From Vulcanimicrobiota bacterium (lineage in GTDB: Bacteria > Vulcanimicrobiota > Vulcanimicrobiia > Vulcanimicrobiales > Vulcanimicrobiaceae), in contig CAVTCS010000003.1 in assembly GCA_963733295.1 (NCBI GenBank), positions 1,504,001 through 1,568,000 on the forward strand: a stretch of DNA of 64,000 nt, read 5' to 3'. Both the position numbers and the translations under genes were made by a program. This document shows positions 18,038 through 27,119 of the stretch, piece by piece. A model generated the notes under the pieces. It was not told where the DNA came from. It worked only from the letters and a program-made list of their open reading frames with translations, and did no database searches. Every line of letters starts with the position of its first letter. Within the stretch, counting starts at the first letter, position 1.

Positions 18038-19924
18038 GTGGCCCACAATCGGGACCGTAAGCTCGCGAGCGTGATCTTCCGACCACGATGGCGTTTGCGC
18101 GTCTTTCCGTTGCCGGCGCTGGCGTTCGCTGCGACGCTCGCGAGCTGCAGTGGTGGAGGCGGCTCGTCCTCGGGCCCGTCGACGCCGCGCAGTACGCCGT
18201 CGCCCGCAGCAAGTGCCACCGCAACGGCGGTTCCTTCGTCGACGCCGGTGCCGGGATCGGTCGCGGTCACGGTGCAAATCGACGGCCCCTCGGGCGCTTC
18301 ATCGACGAACCGCGCAGGGCGCACGTCGTCCCCCGCTCGCGCGCAAACGGTTCCGTTCGGCCGCGCGCCAGCCTACGTCTCTTCGGCGACGCAATCGATC
18401 ACGATCTCCGTTAACGGCGAACCGACGGTCGCGCAAAATCTCTTGCCCGGGGCCTCAAACTGCACGACGTCGCCGGGCGATTATCCGGTCTGCACGCTGA
18501 CCGTCTCCGCACTGCCGGGTAGCGATACATTCACTTTCGTCACCTACGACGGACTGAGCGGTACGGGAAACAGACTTTCCGAGAATACCGCAGTTGCGAC
18601 GATCGCCGCTTCGGGCGCCAACACGGTTGGCGTGACGTTGGACGGTGTCCCCGCGGGAGTGCTCATCGCTCCCTATCCCGGACAATCGAACGTCTCGCAG
18701 CAAGGCTCGGGATACGTGTTGATCGGCAGCGAAGCGGCCAACTTCGCCGTCGTTGCGCTCGATGCGGACGACAACCTGATCGTCGGTCCTGGCGCACCGG
18801 CGCTGACGGTGACGAGCAGCTCGTCGAGCTTGACGGTCGCGCCCGTCGCGGGAAGTCCGAACAAGTTTAGTCTGACGCCCGTCACCGAAGGCGGTACGGT
18901 GAATCTGAACGTGAGCGTTACCAATCCGGGCGGCAGCCCCGTCACGAGCAGCGTCGTTGTGTCACTCCTGGCAGCTCCGCCGACGAGCCTTCCGGTCAGC
19001 CTCTACGCCTACGAATCACCGAACAGCGGGAGCACGGGCGAGATCGACATCTTCCCCCCGGGATCGGTCAACAATGCGACGCCGGCCCGTCTGACCAGCA
19101 CGTGGCTCGCCGCCGGCGGCGGCGTGGTCGCTGCCGATACCAACGGAACGGTCTTTGCGAGCGGAACGGACACCGGCGGTACAGTGTACGCCCTCGTAAG
19201 CTTCGCATCGAGCGCGATCGGCCTGAACGCCTCACCGACAACCGCGATCGTCGCGCAATATAAAGGCGGCCCATTCGCTAACGCTGAGACGCTCGCCGTC
19301 GGCCCGAGTCACAACGTCTATGTCAACGCACAGCTGGACGACAACACTTATGGAATCTTCGTGTTGGCGCCGGGAGCGACGGGCACCGCCAGCGGTCAAT
19401 ACCAAGAGATTGCCGGCCCCGCGACCGGGATCGTCGCCGCGAACGGCACTCCCCTCGGCATGGCCGTTGACGCATTGGGCTACATTTACGTCTCCATGAA
19501 CGGACCGGGCGGAAAGCCGCAAATCCTCGTCTTCGCTCCGGGCGTCTACGGAAACGTTGCGCCCGTTCGCGTCATCTCCGGATCGAACGTGACGTTCCAG
19601 GAACCGGTCCCGATCGGAATCGCCGCCGACGGCACCCTGTACATCCTCGACTACGGGCAGGCTGTCGTCTACGTGTTCCCGCCAGGTGCGAACGGCAACG
19701 TAACCCCCGAACGCATCTTCGAATCGCCGGCGATGCCGTATCACGGCCCGATGGCGGTCGATGCCAACGGCAACGTCTATGCGCTCAACGAGTCGAGCCT
19801 CATCGGAGCGTTTCCCATCGTCGTCTTCGGCGCCACCTCGTCCGGAATCGTCAACCCCCTCTTCACGATATCCGGCTCAAACACGCTGCTCAACGAACCC
19901 ACCGGCCTCTCCGTCCCGCCATAA
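18038..19924 (+). CDS. Lipoprotein with Ig-like region and NHL-like beta-propeller repeats
   Basis: Lipobox LASC, P/S/T linker, repeats of AVD..G.IYV..VF.PG..GN..P.R.I.G; start uncertain. Confidence 0.8.
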   Translation: MAHNRDRKLASVIFRPRWRLRVFPLPALAFAATLASCSGGGGSSSGPSTPRSTPSPAASATATAVPSSTPVPGSVAVTVQIDGPSGASSTNRAGRTSSPARAQTVPFGRAPAYVSSATQSITISVNGEPTVAQNLLPGASNCTTSPGDYPVCTLTVSALPGSDTFTFVTYDGLSGTGNRLSENTAVATIAASGANTVGVTLDGVPAGVLIAPYPGQSNVSQQGSGYVLIGSEAANFAVVALDADDNLIVGPGAPALTVTSSSSSLTVAPVAGSPNKFSLTPVTEGGTVNLNVSVTNPGGSPVTSSVVVSLLAAPPTSLPVSLYAYESPNSGSTGEIDIFPPGSVNNATPARLTSTWLAAGGGVVAADTNGTVFASGTDTGGTVYALVSFASSAIGLNASPTTAIVAQYKGGPFANAETLAVGPSHNVYVNAQLDDNTYGIFVLAPGATGTASGQYQEIAGPATGIVAANGTPLGMAVDALGYIYVSMNGPGGKPQILVFAPGVYGNVAPVRVISGSNVTFQEPVPIGIAADGTLYILDYGQAVVYVFPPGANGNVTPERIFESPAMPYHGPMAVDANGNVYALNESSLIGAFPIVVFGATSSGIVNPLFTISGSNTLLNEPTGLSVPP

Positions 19925-19960
19925 GCTCCGCGGGCGTGCTATGTCGGCGGATCGAAATAC

Positions 19961-20272
19961 GTGCGCATGCCATGTCTGCGAGTCGCACTCTCTTCAGTGG
20001 CTCTGCTACTGATCACGGCGAGCTGCGGCTCACCGAGGCACTGGTATGTAGAAAAGGTGGTCCCGGCGGGAAACTCAACCGGTAGCCGGGAGGCGCACCT
20101 CAGCCATTTAGCCATGCGGGCGAAATCGCGCAGTCGCCACAGATACGACGGCAATGACGAGAGCCGGCAGCCCGAATACTATGCCAAACAAAAGGCTCGC
20201 CGCGAGCGGATCAAGACCCGGATCAAGACTCATTTCCCTCGTCCTCCGTGCACGCAATCATACCCCCATTAA
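19961..20272 (+). CDS. Possible small lipoprotein (may be degenerate)
   Basis: Lipobox-like VALLLITASC; the rest looks weakly protein-like. Confidence 0.3.
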   Translation: MRMPCLRVALSSVALLLITASCGSPRHWYVEKVVPAGNSTGSREAHLSHLAMRAKSRSRHRYDGNDESRQPEYYAKQKARRERIKTRIKTHFPRPPCTQSYPH

Positions 20273-20594
20273 TCGAGCTTTGGTGGCGGCCGACCGGGCA
20301 GACCCGTCACACTTGCCCGGCGAGCCGGCGGTCACGAGTTTCGGGACCGTGATTCTCGTACGACCGTAAGCGCTGCCGTCAGCATCGCGCGCAACCCTGG
20401 CGCTCCACGACATACACGTCATAGCCAGCTTCGGTCGAGCGAACGCCGCCAAACTCATAGTTCATGGTCCAGGGCAACGTCGAACGCACAACCTTCCGCG
20501 GCTTTATTGCTGGGAGTTCGCTCAGAAACGCGTGCTTTGGCCTGCCCGGCAGAGCAGGCGAAGCGATGCGCGTTGCGATGGGTATACTGCATGC

Positions 20595-21017
20595 ATGAAA
20601 CTCTTTGGTTCGATTGGCGCGGCGGTCGTCGCCACGGCACTCCTTACCGGGACGGCGGGCGCGGTTGGTCAGCGGTCGACCGGTTTGGTAACGTATCACA
20701 CCAACTTTGTTCAAGAAAACCCGAATGGGGCGGGCGTGATCGAGGGTACGATGCACTTGCGTATCGCATCCGACGGCAAAATCCAGGGCGACTACCGGCC
20801 CGCCAACGGCCGGCTGTACGACGTGCTAGGTGGGCTCACCGGAGACCAAATCTGGCTCAACATCGGCGAGTCACGAGTGATTCAGCTGAACGGTACGTAC
20901 GAGGACGGCAAGATCGTCGGCTACACGTACGTCGATGAACCGTTCGCCCAGATCCTACCCCAGGTTCCGCGCGAGTACAAGTTCGAGGCAACACCCGAAG
21001 GCTCACCGCAGACCTAA
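20595..21017 (+). CDS. Secreted hypothetical protein
   Basis: Signal peptide MKLFGSIGAAVVATALLTGTAGA, beta-rich mature region; TATACT 6 nt upstream of ATG. Confidence 0.8.
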   Translation: MKLFGSIGAAVVATALLTGTAGAVGQRSTGLVTYHTNFVQENPNGAGVIEGTMHLRIASDGKIQGDYRPANGRLYDVLGGLTGDQIWLNIGESRVIQLNGTYEDGKIVGYTYVDEPFAQILPQVPREYKFEATPEGSPQT

Positions 21018-21059
21018 TGCGCGCTACTGCGCGGCGCGCATCAGCCTCGTCAAATGTCG

Positions 21060-21087
21060 AGAGGCCCCCGTTGCGACGGGGGCCTCT
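21060..21087. terminator. Hairpin between convergent genes, probable terminator
   Basis: AGAGGCCCCCGT-TGCG-ACGGGGGCCTCT perfect 12-bp stem; weak U-tracts. Confidence 0.65.
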
Positions 21088-21164
21088 GACTTCGTCTGCG
21101 AAGCAGAGCTCCGTCGATCTGGCCGAAGTTGTTCTACGACATCGACATCGCGTTCGGTTCGTAC

Positions 21165-23135
21165 TTAGAGGGAACGGGTGATAATCGCCGACATTTTAGG
21201 CGTCCCGATGCCGGTCGCTTCGTCGTAGCCCCGCGTCGTCGGGAAGAGCCCGTTGTTGTTGGTGCTCTGACCGATCCCGGTGATGTCGTTGAAATAGCCC
21301 TTAGGATCCAGGTTGTACAGTAAATAGAGTAGGAACCCCGCGTTGCCACTACGGAAACCCTGGAAACTATCGCGGTCAGCGATGATCGCCGCCATGAACG
21401 GCGACGAGAGGCTCGTCCCGCCAATATCGAAGAAGCCGCCGCCGACACACGAACTGAACGGCGTGGCGGCGCTGCCGGTGCAGTACTCGGAATAGCCCGT
21501 ATACTCGTCAGCGTCGAGCGAGATGTCCGGAGCCTCGCGGCACGGCGTGCCCGTTGCCGCCAAGGCGCATTGCGTCGTGCCGTTGCCATAGGTCGTGAAC
21601 GGGTTGGTGACGCCACGGCCGAATTGGTACAAAGGACGGCCCCACCACTGGCTGCTTCCGCCCCCACCCGCGCCTGTTGCGCCGCACCAGAAGAGTCCGG
21701 GGAAGTTGCCTTCATCGGCGCTTTCGTTGCAGAGGTTGTCGACGTTCCACACCGTCTCGATGCCTGCCGGATAGCCTGGGTTTGGATTCGCACCCGGGTT
21801 GAACGATTCAAGCGAAGTACCGCCGACGCTCGTCACCCACGGCTGGGCCGGAGGATCGAGCAGATCGACGATCGTCGTGCCGTCGCTCCTGATGCATGAA
21901 AATGCTCCGGTGTCGCCCTCGGCACCGAACACGCTCTGCCCTTGGAACGCCATCTGCTCGAAGGTCTCATTCTCGGCCTCGGCAACCGCGGCCGAGACAT
22001 CGTTCTCACAAACCGCCCAGCTCGAACTGACGGTATCGGCGATGTCATCGTTTGCGATTTGAGTGTACTCGTCCAGTTCGGTCTGGCCCGTGAAGTCGTT
22101 GGGCGCGTTATACACGATGAGGTGACGCGCGTCCGGGGAGATTGCCAGCGACATCTCGATGTCGGCGTCGACCTCGACGTCGCCGGCGTAGAAGTTGAAG
22201 TTCGGGGGACAGGTGTCTCCCGTTGGGCAGATCGGGCTGAGCGGGCCGCCGTCAACGGTGATGTCGACAAGCGGCGGCGTGTAGCTCGGCCCGTAGTATT
22301 GGTGCGCCCACGTCGCGATGTCGGAGTGCTGGTAGGCCGAGAGTTCGAACACGGCGACATTGACGCCGGCCCCCTTGCCACGGGGTCCCACGTTCGGCGC
22401 GCCATAGATCGAGTTGGCCTGCGACGGCGTCAGGCCGTTGCATCCCGGAGCGCCGCCGTAGCCGAACGGGAATCCGACGCCGTTGTTGACAGCATTGAAC
22501 AGCTGCGCGGTGGTCGGGTACGGTGCCTCACAGCTTGGGGTCGCGGGCGTTTGGTGGTTCAAAGGACGTAGCACTTGGGATTTCTCGCGCACCGTGTCGG
22601 AAAGACCGACGACGCCGAGGACACCGGTGGCTAAACTCGTCGGCAGCTGCACCGCCGAAGCGTTCGAAAAGTACGTGACCCCGCGCGGATTGCGATACGT
22701 GACTAGGCTCGTACGGAATGCCGCCGAAACCGCGCTGCTCGATCCGCTGGCGCGAACGAGAAACGGCGACGACGACTGCCCGACGACCAAACCGCTCGCC
22801 CGCAAGTACGCCGCGATTGCGGTGATCTGCGCCCTGTCGGGCGCGTAAAGCGCGTCGAACTGACCCTTCGCTAGCCAGTGCCCGTAGCTCTGGCTGCTCC
22901 GGCTGTAGAGGTTGGCCAACTGGGTGGCGAGCTGCGATGCATTACGCGGCGCGAGGACAACTTCGACCGACATGTTCGCGCTTTTGAAGGCGCCGATGGC
23001 GACGTCGGACGTCGGCCGCACGCTTCTGGGCATCACCGAAAAAGAGGTCGCCGAGGCTGCCGGAACTGCGGGCAAGCTGCTCGCCCCGAAAAGTACTGCC
23101 CCAACGAGCACTGATCGTACCCAAGGGTATCTCAT
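21165..23135 (-). CDS. Secreted S53 (sedolisin/kumamolisin) peptidase with propeptide
   Basis: Signal peptide, pro-domain, EVDAD, SSSW, GDTG, VGGT, GGTSLSSP, GYDEATGIGTP; ATG 23135. Confidence 0.93.
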   Translation of the reverse strand: MRYPWVRSVLVGAVLFGASSLPAVPAASATSFSVMPRSVRPTSDVAIGAFKSANMSVEVVLAPRNASQLATQLANLYSRSSQSYGHWLAKGQFDALYAPDRAQITAIAAYLRASGLVVGQSSSPFLVRASGSSSAVSAAFRTSLVTYRNPRGVTYFSNASAVQLPTSLATGVLGVVGLSDTVREKSQVLRPLNHQTPATPSCEAPYPTTAQLFNAVNNGVGFPFGYGGAPGCNGLTPSQANSIYGAPNVGPRGKGAGVNVAVFELSAYQHSDIATWAHQYYGPSYTPPLVDITVDGGPLSPICPTGDTCPPNFNFYAGDVEVDADIEMSLAISPDARHLIVYNAPNDFTGQTELDEYTQIANDDIADTVSSSWAVCENDVSAAVAEAENETFEQMAFQGQSVFGAEGDTGAFSCIRSDGTTIVDLLDPPAQPWVTSVGGTSLESFNPGANPNPGYPAGIETVWNVDNLCNESADEGNFPGLFWCGATGAGGGGSSQWWGRPLYQFGRGVTNPFTTYGNGTTQCALAATGTPCREAPDISLDADEYTGYSEYCTGSAATPFSSCVGGGFFDIGGTSLSSPFMAAIIADRDSFQGFRSGNAGFLLYLLYNLDPKGYFNDITGIGQSTNNNGLFPTTRGYDEATGIGTPKMSAIITRSL

Positions 23136-23450
23136 GGTTTGGCCCCTTTCTTTGGAGGTCGATCCGTGGTGGATTCCATCCGTTAATGAGCGTAGACGCA
23201 CAGCAAAAGCCGTCCGCTTGGATTTCTAAGAAACCACCGCGTTTGGCGAACTGCGCTATCGCAGCTTCTTGCGTCGGTGCGCTCGTCCTGTACCAAAAGC
23301 GGCCCAGAAAGGCCCCGCTTACTTCGGAGGCGGCATCTTCGCTTCGCTCACCGTTGCATAAATCGCTTCCGCGTGCGTTTCTACGTCTGCCTTTTCGGAA
23401 AGATCGATGCGCGCCGGCGCCTGTATTCGCCGGTGACCAGCGCCGATGGC

Positions 23451-24866
23451 CTAGGACTTTAGCGCAGCAGCGGGCGGAGCCCATGTCCCGTTTAGAATCG
23501 ACGGCGGCGTCGCTTTTGGCCAGTAGAGGCGCATCATGAGAACGTACGCGCCCGCCGGAGATGGCAGCCAATTCGACTGAGGAGAGCCACTTGGCTGTGT
23601 ATGGCCAATGTACAGGTCGGTCGAGCCGTCTGCGTTGGACTTAAGCGTATTGCGCGCGCTCAGGGTGTATTTCTTGAGCGAGTTCGGATAGAAGAAATAG
23701 TCCGGCGTGTACATAGTGAGGGACCAGAAGCCATTAACCGGCGGCAATGCGCCTTTGGCAAAGTGCATCACGCGAGTCTTCGAGCCGTCGTACTTCTCAG
23801 TGGCCGAAGGAGCTTCGCTCGTCGGATAGACAGCATCTTGAGGACGATTAGCACCTAGTCCGATTGCCGTGACGAACGCCCGCTGAGTATAGTCCGTCGC
23901 GTACAGTCCGGTCTCGGTCATGATTTGCCAGCCGTTCTTGATAACTCCGGCGTTCGTGAAATAGCGCATGATTTGTGCGAACGCGGCCTTCGGCACACCG
24001 GTTAGCGCAGTTGCGGCGCTCGGTCCTAACGCGCTCGATACGAACGGTTTTCCAGGAACGATGCCGATCTTCGCCATCTCGGCGACCATCGGTGCGTCGG
24101 CAGCCGAAGGGGGATTGTCGACCATCAATGCCGCGAGTTCGGTGAAATACTGGTCTGTAGTCAGGCCGTTAACTTGGTCGCGGACGGAAAGCTTTGATTG
24201 CCATGCGGGATTAACGGAGCCCGCGGACGGCGAGTAAGGCTTACCCATCGCACTGAGTGGCTCGAGCACGATCGCGTCTTGCATGGCGTGGACGGCCGTG
24301 TAATCGGCTGGAGTGCCGGTGCAATAAATCCGTCCTAGAAGCCAGACAATGCCGGTTGGAGATTTCAGTTCTTTTAGTCCGGCCGGAACCGTGCCGCTCC
24401 AGTTCGGCCCACTGATGAGGTACGCTTGCGCGCCGGTGCCGGTCGTACGTTTGCCTGGGACTTGAAAAACATCTGTCCATCCACTGAGCATCGGCATGAG
24501 ATAGTAACGACCATGCGAATCAGGAATCTTCAAGACATAAGGTTCTTTTGAGACGTCGAAGAACGCGGTCGTATAAAGCGTGTCAGCGTTCGGCGCAGTG
24601 ACGCGGTGGTCGTCCGCGGCGGGATACTCGCGGAACTTCGCTAGTTGACCCATTGGAGCGGACTTTGGGCCGGCAGAAGCTACGTTCACAAAAGACCGCC
24701 TTGTATACTCCATCGTCACAAGCGCGTAACCGTAGATGTATGCGTCGGTCGCGATCTTGGCCGCGTCCGCTGCGGTGACTGTCTGAGCCACTGCAAGCGA
24801 TGCACTCGATGTGACTAGCGCCGCAACAACCAAAAACGAGGAAATGCGAACAAGTGCGTGTTTCAC
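23451..24866 (-). CDS. Secreted DUF1254/DUF1214 protein
   Basis: AYIYGY, PNADTLY, GRYY, PPVNGFWSLTMY, NWLP.P.G..MRLYWP. Confidence 0.92.
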   Translation of the reverse strand: MKHALVRISSFLVVAALVTSSASLAVAQTVTAADAAKIATDAYIYGYALVTMEYTRRSFVNVASAGPKSAPMGQLAKFREYPAADDHRVTAPNADTLYTTAFFDVSKEPYVLKIPDSHGRYYLMPMLSGWTDVFQVPGKRTTGTGAQAYLISGPNWSGTVPAGLKELKSPTGIVWLLGRIYCTGTPADYTAVHAMQDAIVLEPLSAMGKPYSPSAGSVNPAWQSKLSVRDQVNGLTTDQYFTELAALMVDNPPSAADAPMVAEMAKIGIVPGKPFVSSALGPSAATALTGVPKAAFAQIMRYFTNAGVIKNGWQIMTETGLYATDYTQRAFVTAIGLGANRPQDAVYPTSEAPSATEKYDGSKTRVMHFAKGALPPVNGFWSLTMYTPDYFFYPNSLKKYTLSARNTLKSNADGSTDLYIGHTQPSGSPQSNWLPSPAGAYVLMMRLYWPKATPPSILNGTWAPPAAALKS

Positions 24867-25053
24867 AATCTAGCCCCTTTCCCGAAAAAACCGTCTTTGA
24901 TGATGCGAGCAGAACGGTTTGCAGATATTCGAACCGAGCGATTCGTATACCCTGCGACGGTTCCGAGCATCGCGTTAGCTCCGCGCAGCGCGTGCCATAC
25001 TTGCCGCCGTCGTCTGCGTCAAAGGCCGATCGCACGATTCCCCGCAATTCGCA

Positions 25054-25824
25054 TCAGTGCGGCGCGTGCGCGCGGTAGTAGTAGATCATCTCGAGTGCCG
25101 AGATGTTCCACTCATCGAGGCTGTACCAACCCGGCTGCGGGAATCCGGGTCCGGCCGCCGCCGCGGCGACCCAGGCGCTGAATGCCTCCGGCCAGCTTCG
25201 TTTCTGCGCGTACAAGTTGCCGAGCATGAGCCGATAGAGGCTGCCGGTGTCGGGGTCCGCTTTCATATCGGCGATCGCATCGTCGACGCGCCCCGCGCGA
25301 TCCGCTTGCAACGCTTCCGTTAGAAGCGGATTGAGTTTGTGTTCGGCTTGCTGGTCGGGATCGCGCAAAACGCGCCCGTCGTCGGCGACGTAGGCCGCGA
25401 GCGAGTCGGGATAATCTTCGTTCCAAAAAAACCGTTCGGCTGAGGTTGCCTTCTACGTATTCTCGAGTGAGGTGAGGAACGCGCGGGCCCCGTTCGCGTC
25501 CCCCGACGCGAGCAACGCATAGAAGTAACTGCGCCCGAAGTCGATCCAATGAGTACCATCGGTCTGGAACCCGGTTCTCATCGTCGGGAGAATCGCCGCG
25601 AAACCGGCGCGAGCGGCCGCAAAGTCGCCGGCGCAGAGCTCACGCCGTGCGCGCTGGTACGCAGCGATCGTCGTACCCACATCCTTCTCACTATCCGTGA
25701 GGAGCGGCGTCGAACACCAGATCGTCGGCGGCGCTGCTTCGGCGGTGCGCGGAACGACGACCGCGATAACGACTACGACCGCGACCAACAAGACCAACCC
25801 GACATACCGAGCAACGCGATTCAT
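25054..25824 (-). pseudogene. Secreted helical/TPR-like protein interrupted by one in-frame TAG (25455-25453)
   Basis: GGAGG SD, signal peptide; frame continues ENT*KATSAERFFWNEDY into ORF 25054-25368 with no shift. Confidence 0.7.
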
Positions 25825-25876
25825 GCTGCCTCCGATCGTGCAGGCATATCGGCGTCCTACGTAACGAACGCGCGAA

Positions 25877-26206
25877 CTACGACGAAAGCGGCCGTTGCTC
25901 CATTCCACCGGCCACCTGCTCGATGCGCACTTCCAAGCCGCCGGTCCAGCGGGCGACCAGATTATAAACGAGTGCCGAGATGATTCCGCCGATGAAGCCG
26001 GCAATTGCGGCGAAGAGCGGGATTAAAATGAGTCCACCCACCCCAAACATCGCCCTCATACCCGGCGGTAAAGCGTTCTGGCCCTCCGAGGGCGTGAGAC
26101 TCATGATCGGTATCAAGAAAAGCGCCTCGATCAACCCCAGAAGCGCGTACAGCACTGCGAGAACTATGCCGCACCGTATTGGTGCGATACTCTTAATCTC
26201 TACCAT
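25877..26206 (-). CDS. Small two-TM membrane protein (DUF3566-like)
   Basis: Two hydrophobic helices, ALVYNLVARWTGGLEV. Confidence 0.8.
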   Translation of the reverse strand: MVEIKSIAPIRCGIVLAVLYALLGLIEALFLIPIMSLTPSEGQNALPPGMRAMFGVGGLILIPLFAAIAGFIGGIISALVYNLVARWTGGLEVRIEQVAGGMEQRPLSS

Positions 26207-26348
26207 TAGCCGATCTTATCGTTCGGCGACGGCGTTCCCCCCGCGCAATAGGGCCAATTAAGGCTGACGTCTGATGAGACCGTCAGCGAAGCCCCTCGTT
26301 AGATGCAGATACGCGCGCCCGCTTGTCGCATTTAAGTGCGAACGGGGA

Positions 26349-27041
26349 TCAGATGGCGCAGTTTATGCGGTTCCACACTAAGACGGCGACGCGATTCGCG
26401 TGGAAGATGACGTATCCTAGGACCTGCTCGCGCTTAATATCCGGGCCGATATCTTTGCAGATCTGATCCGTTGCGGGCGGATGGTGGGGCGGTCCATAGA
26501 AAATCGCTGCACTGTACGCGGCCGCATGCGGAAACGCGCAACCCGACATCGTCGTCAGATGAAACGCCGACGGCGCGCTAAATGCGGCGCGGACTTTCTC
26601 GACTGTGTCGCCAAGATGGACCTTGCCCCCCATTGCCAAAGCCGACAAGTCTTTTTCTTTCACGGCGACCGGCGGCGCTCCGACGTTGGCGATCAAGAGA
26701 TAGCTCCCGCGGTCCTGTCCGTGTTCGTTGAAGAGCCCAACCCGGTGTGCAGGATCGTAGATCGCACCGACGCGCGTGAACTCCGCGTCGAGCGGCGCAT
26801 CCGTAAATTGCGACTGTCCGCCGCCGAGGAACGCATCGACTTCGGGACCGATCGGCACCCTCACTTGATACCCTGCGGGAAAAGGAGGCGAGTAGCATCC
26901 CCAACCGGGTAACGACCAGTACCATCGCCCGATGGGACTCGCGGCCGGCGGATCGGTCGGATTCGGAAGAGCAGCTCGCATCGTGCCCACGAGAACGGCT
27001 GCCACGTAAACGACGGTGCAAAGCATACCCGACTTGCGCAT
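26349..27041 (-). CDS. Secreted hypothetical protein
   Basis: Signal peptide, protein-like composition, 230 aa. Confidence 0.7.
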   Translation of the reverse strand: MRKSGMLCTVVYVAAVLVGTMRAALPNPTDPPAASPIGRWYWSLPGWGCYSPPFPAGYQVRVPIGPEVDAFLGGGQSQFTDAPLDAEFTRVGAIYDPAHRVGLFNEHGQDRGSYLLIANVGAPPVAVKEKDLSALAMGGKVHLGDTVEKVRAAFSAPSAFHLTTMSGCAFPHAAAYSAAIFYGPPHHPPATDQICKDIGPDIKREQVLGYVIFHANRVAVLVWNRINCAI

Positions 27042-27119
27042 GGGCGCAGCTTCGTTTCGCGGTAGAGCCTTTACTGCGCCGGCGGCCGGCGTTGCGCGAC
27101 GTCGAGTTGGGCCTAAGGC

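Noticed and set aside
20258..20470. Short minus-strand ORFs (MNYEFGG..CARC)
   Set aside because: No SD, motif or consistent frame; possibly a decayed fragment but unsupported
23200..23450. Possible c-di-GMP-I riboswitch upstream of the S53 protease (AAGGCAGAC..GAAA..)
   Set aside because: Lacks GGCAAAC/GACGCAAAGC and the paired stems; only a weak terminator-like hairpin is visible
25453..25455. Genome-wide TAG recoding
   Set aside because: TAG terminates conserved genes at the expected ends (asd, pcrA, livG)
26263..26300. CTGATGA resembling a hammerhead ribozyme core
   Set aside because: No workable stem II or GAAA follows; the motif lies in an ordinary hairpin (GCTGAC..GTCAGC)
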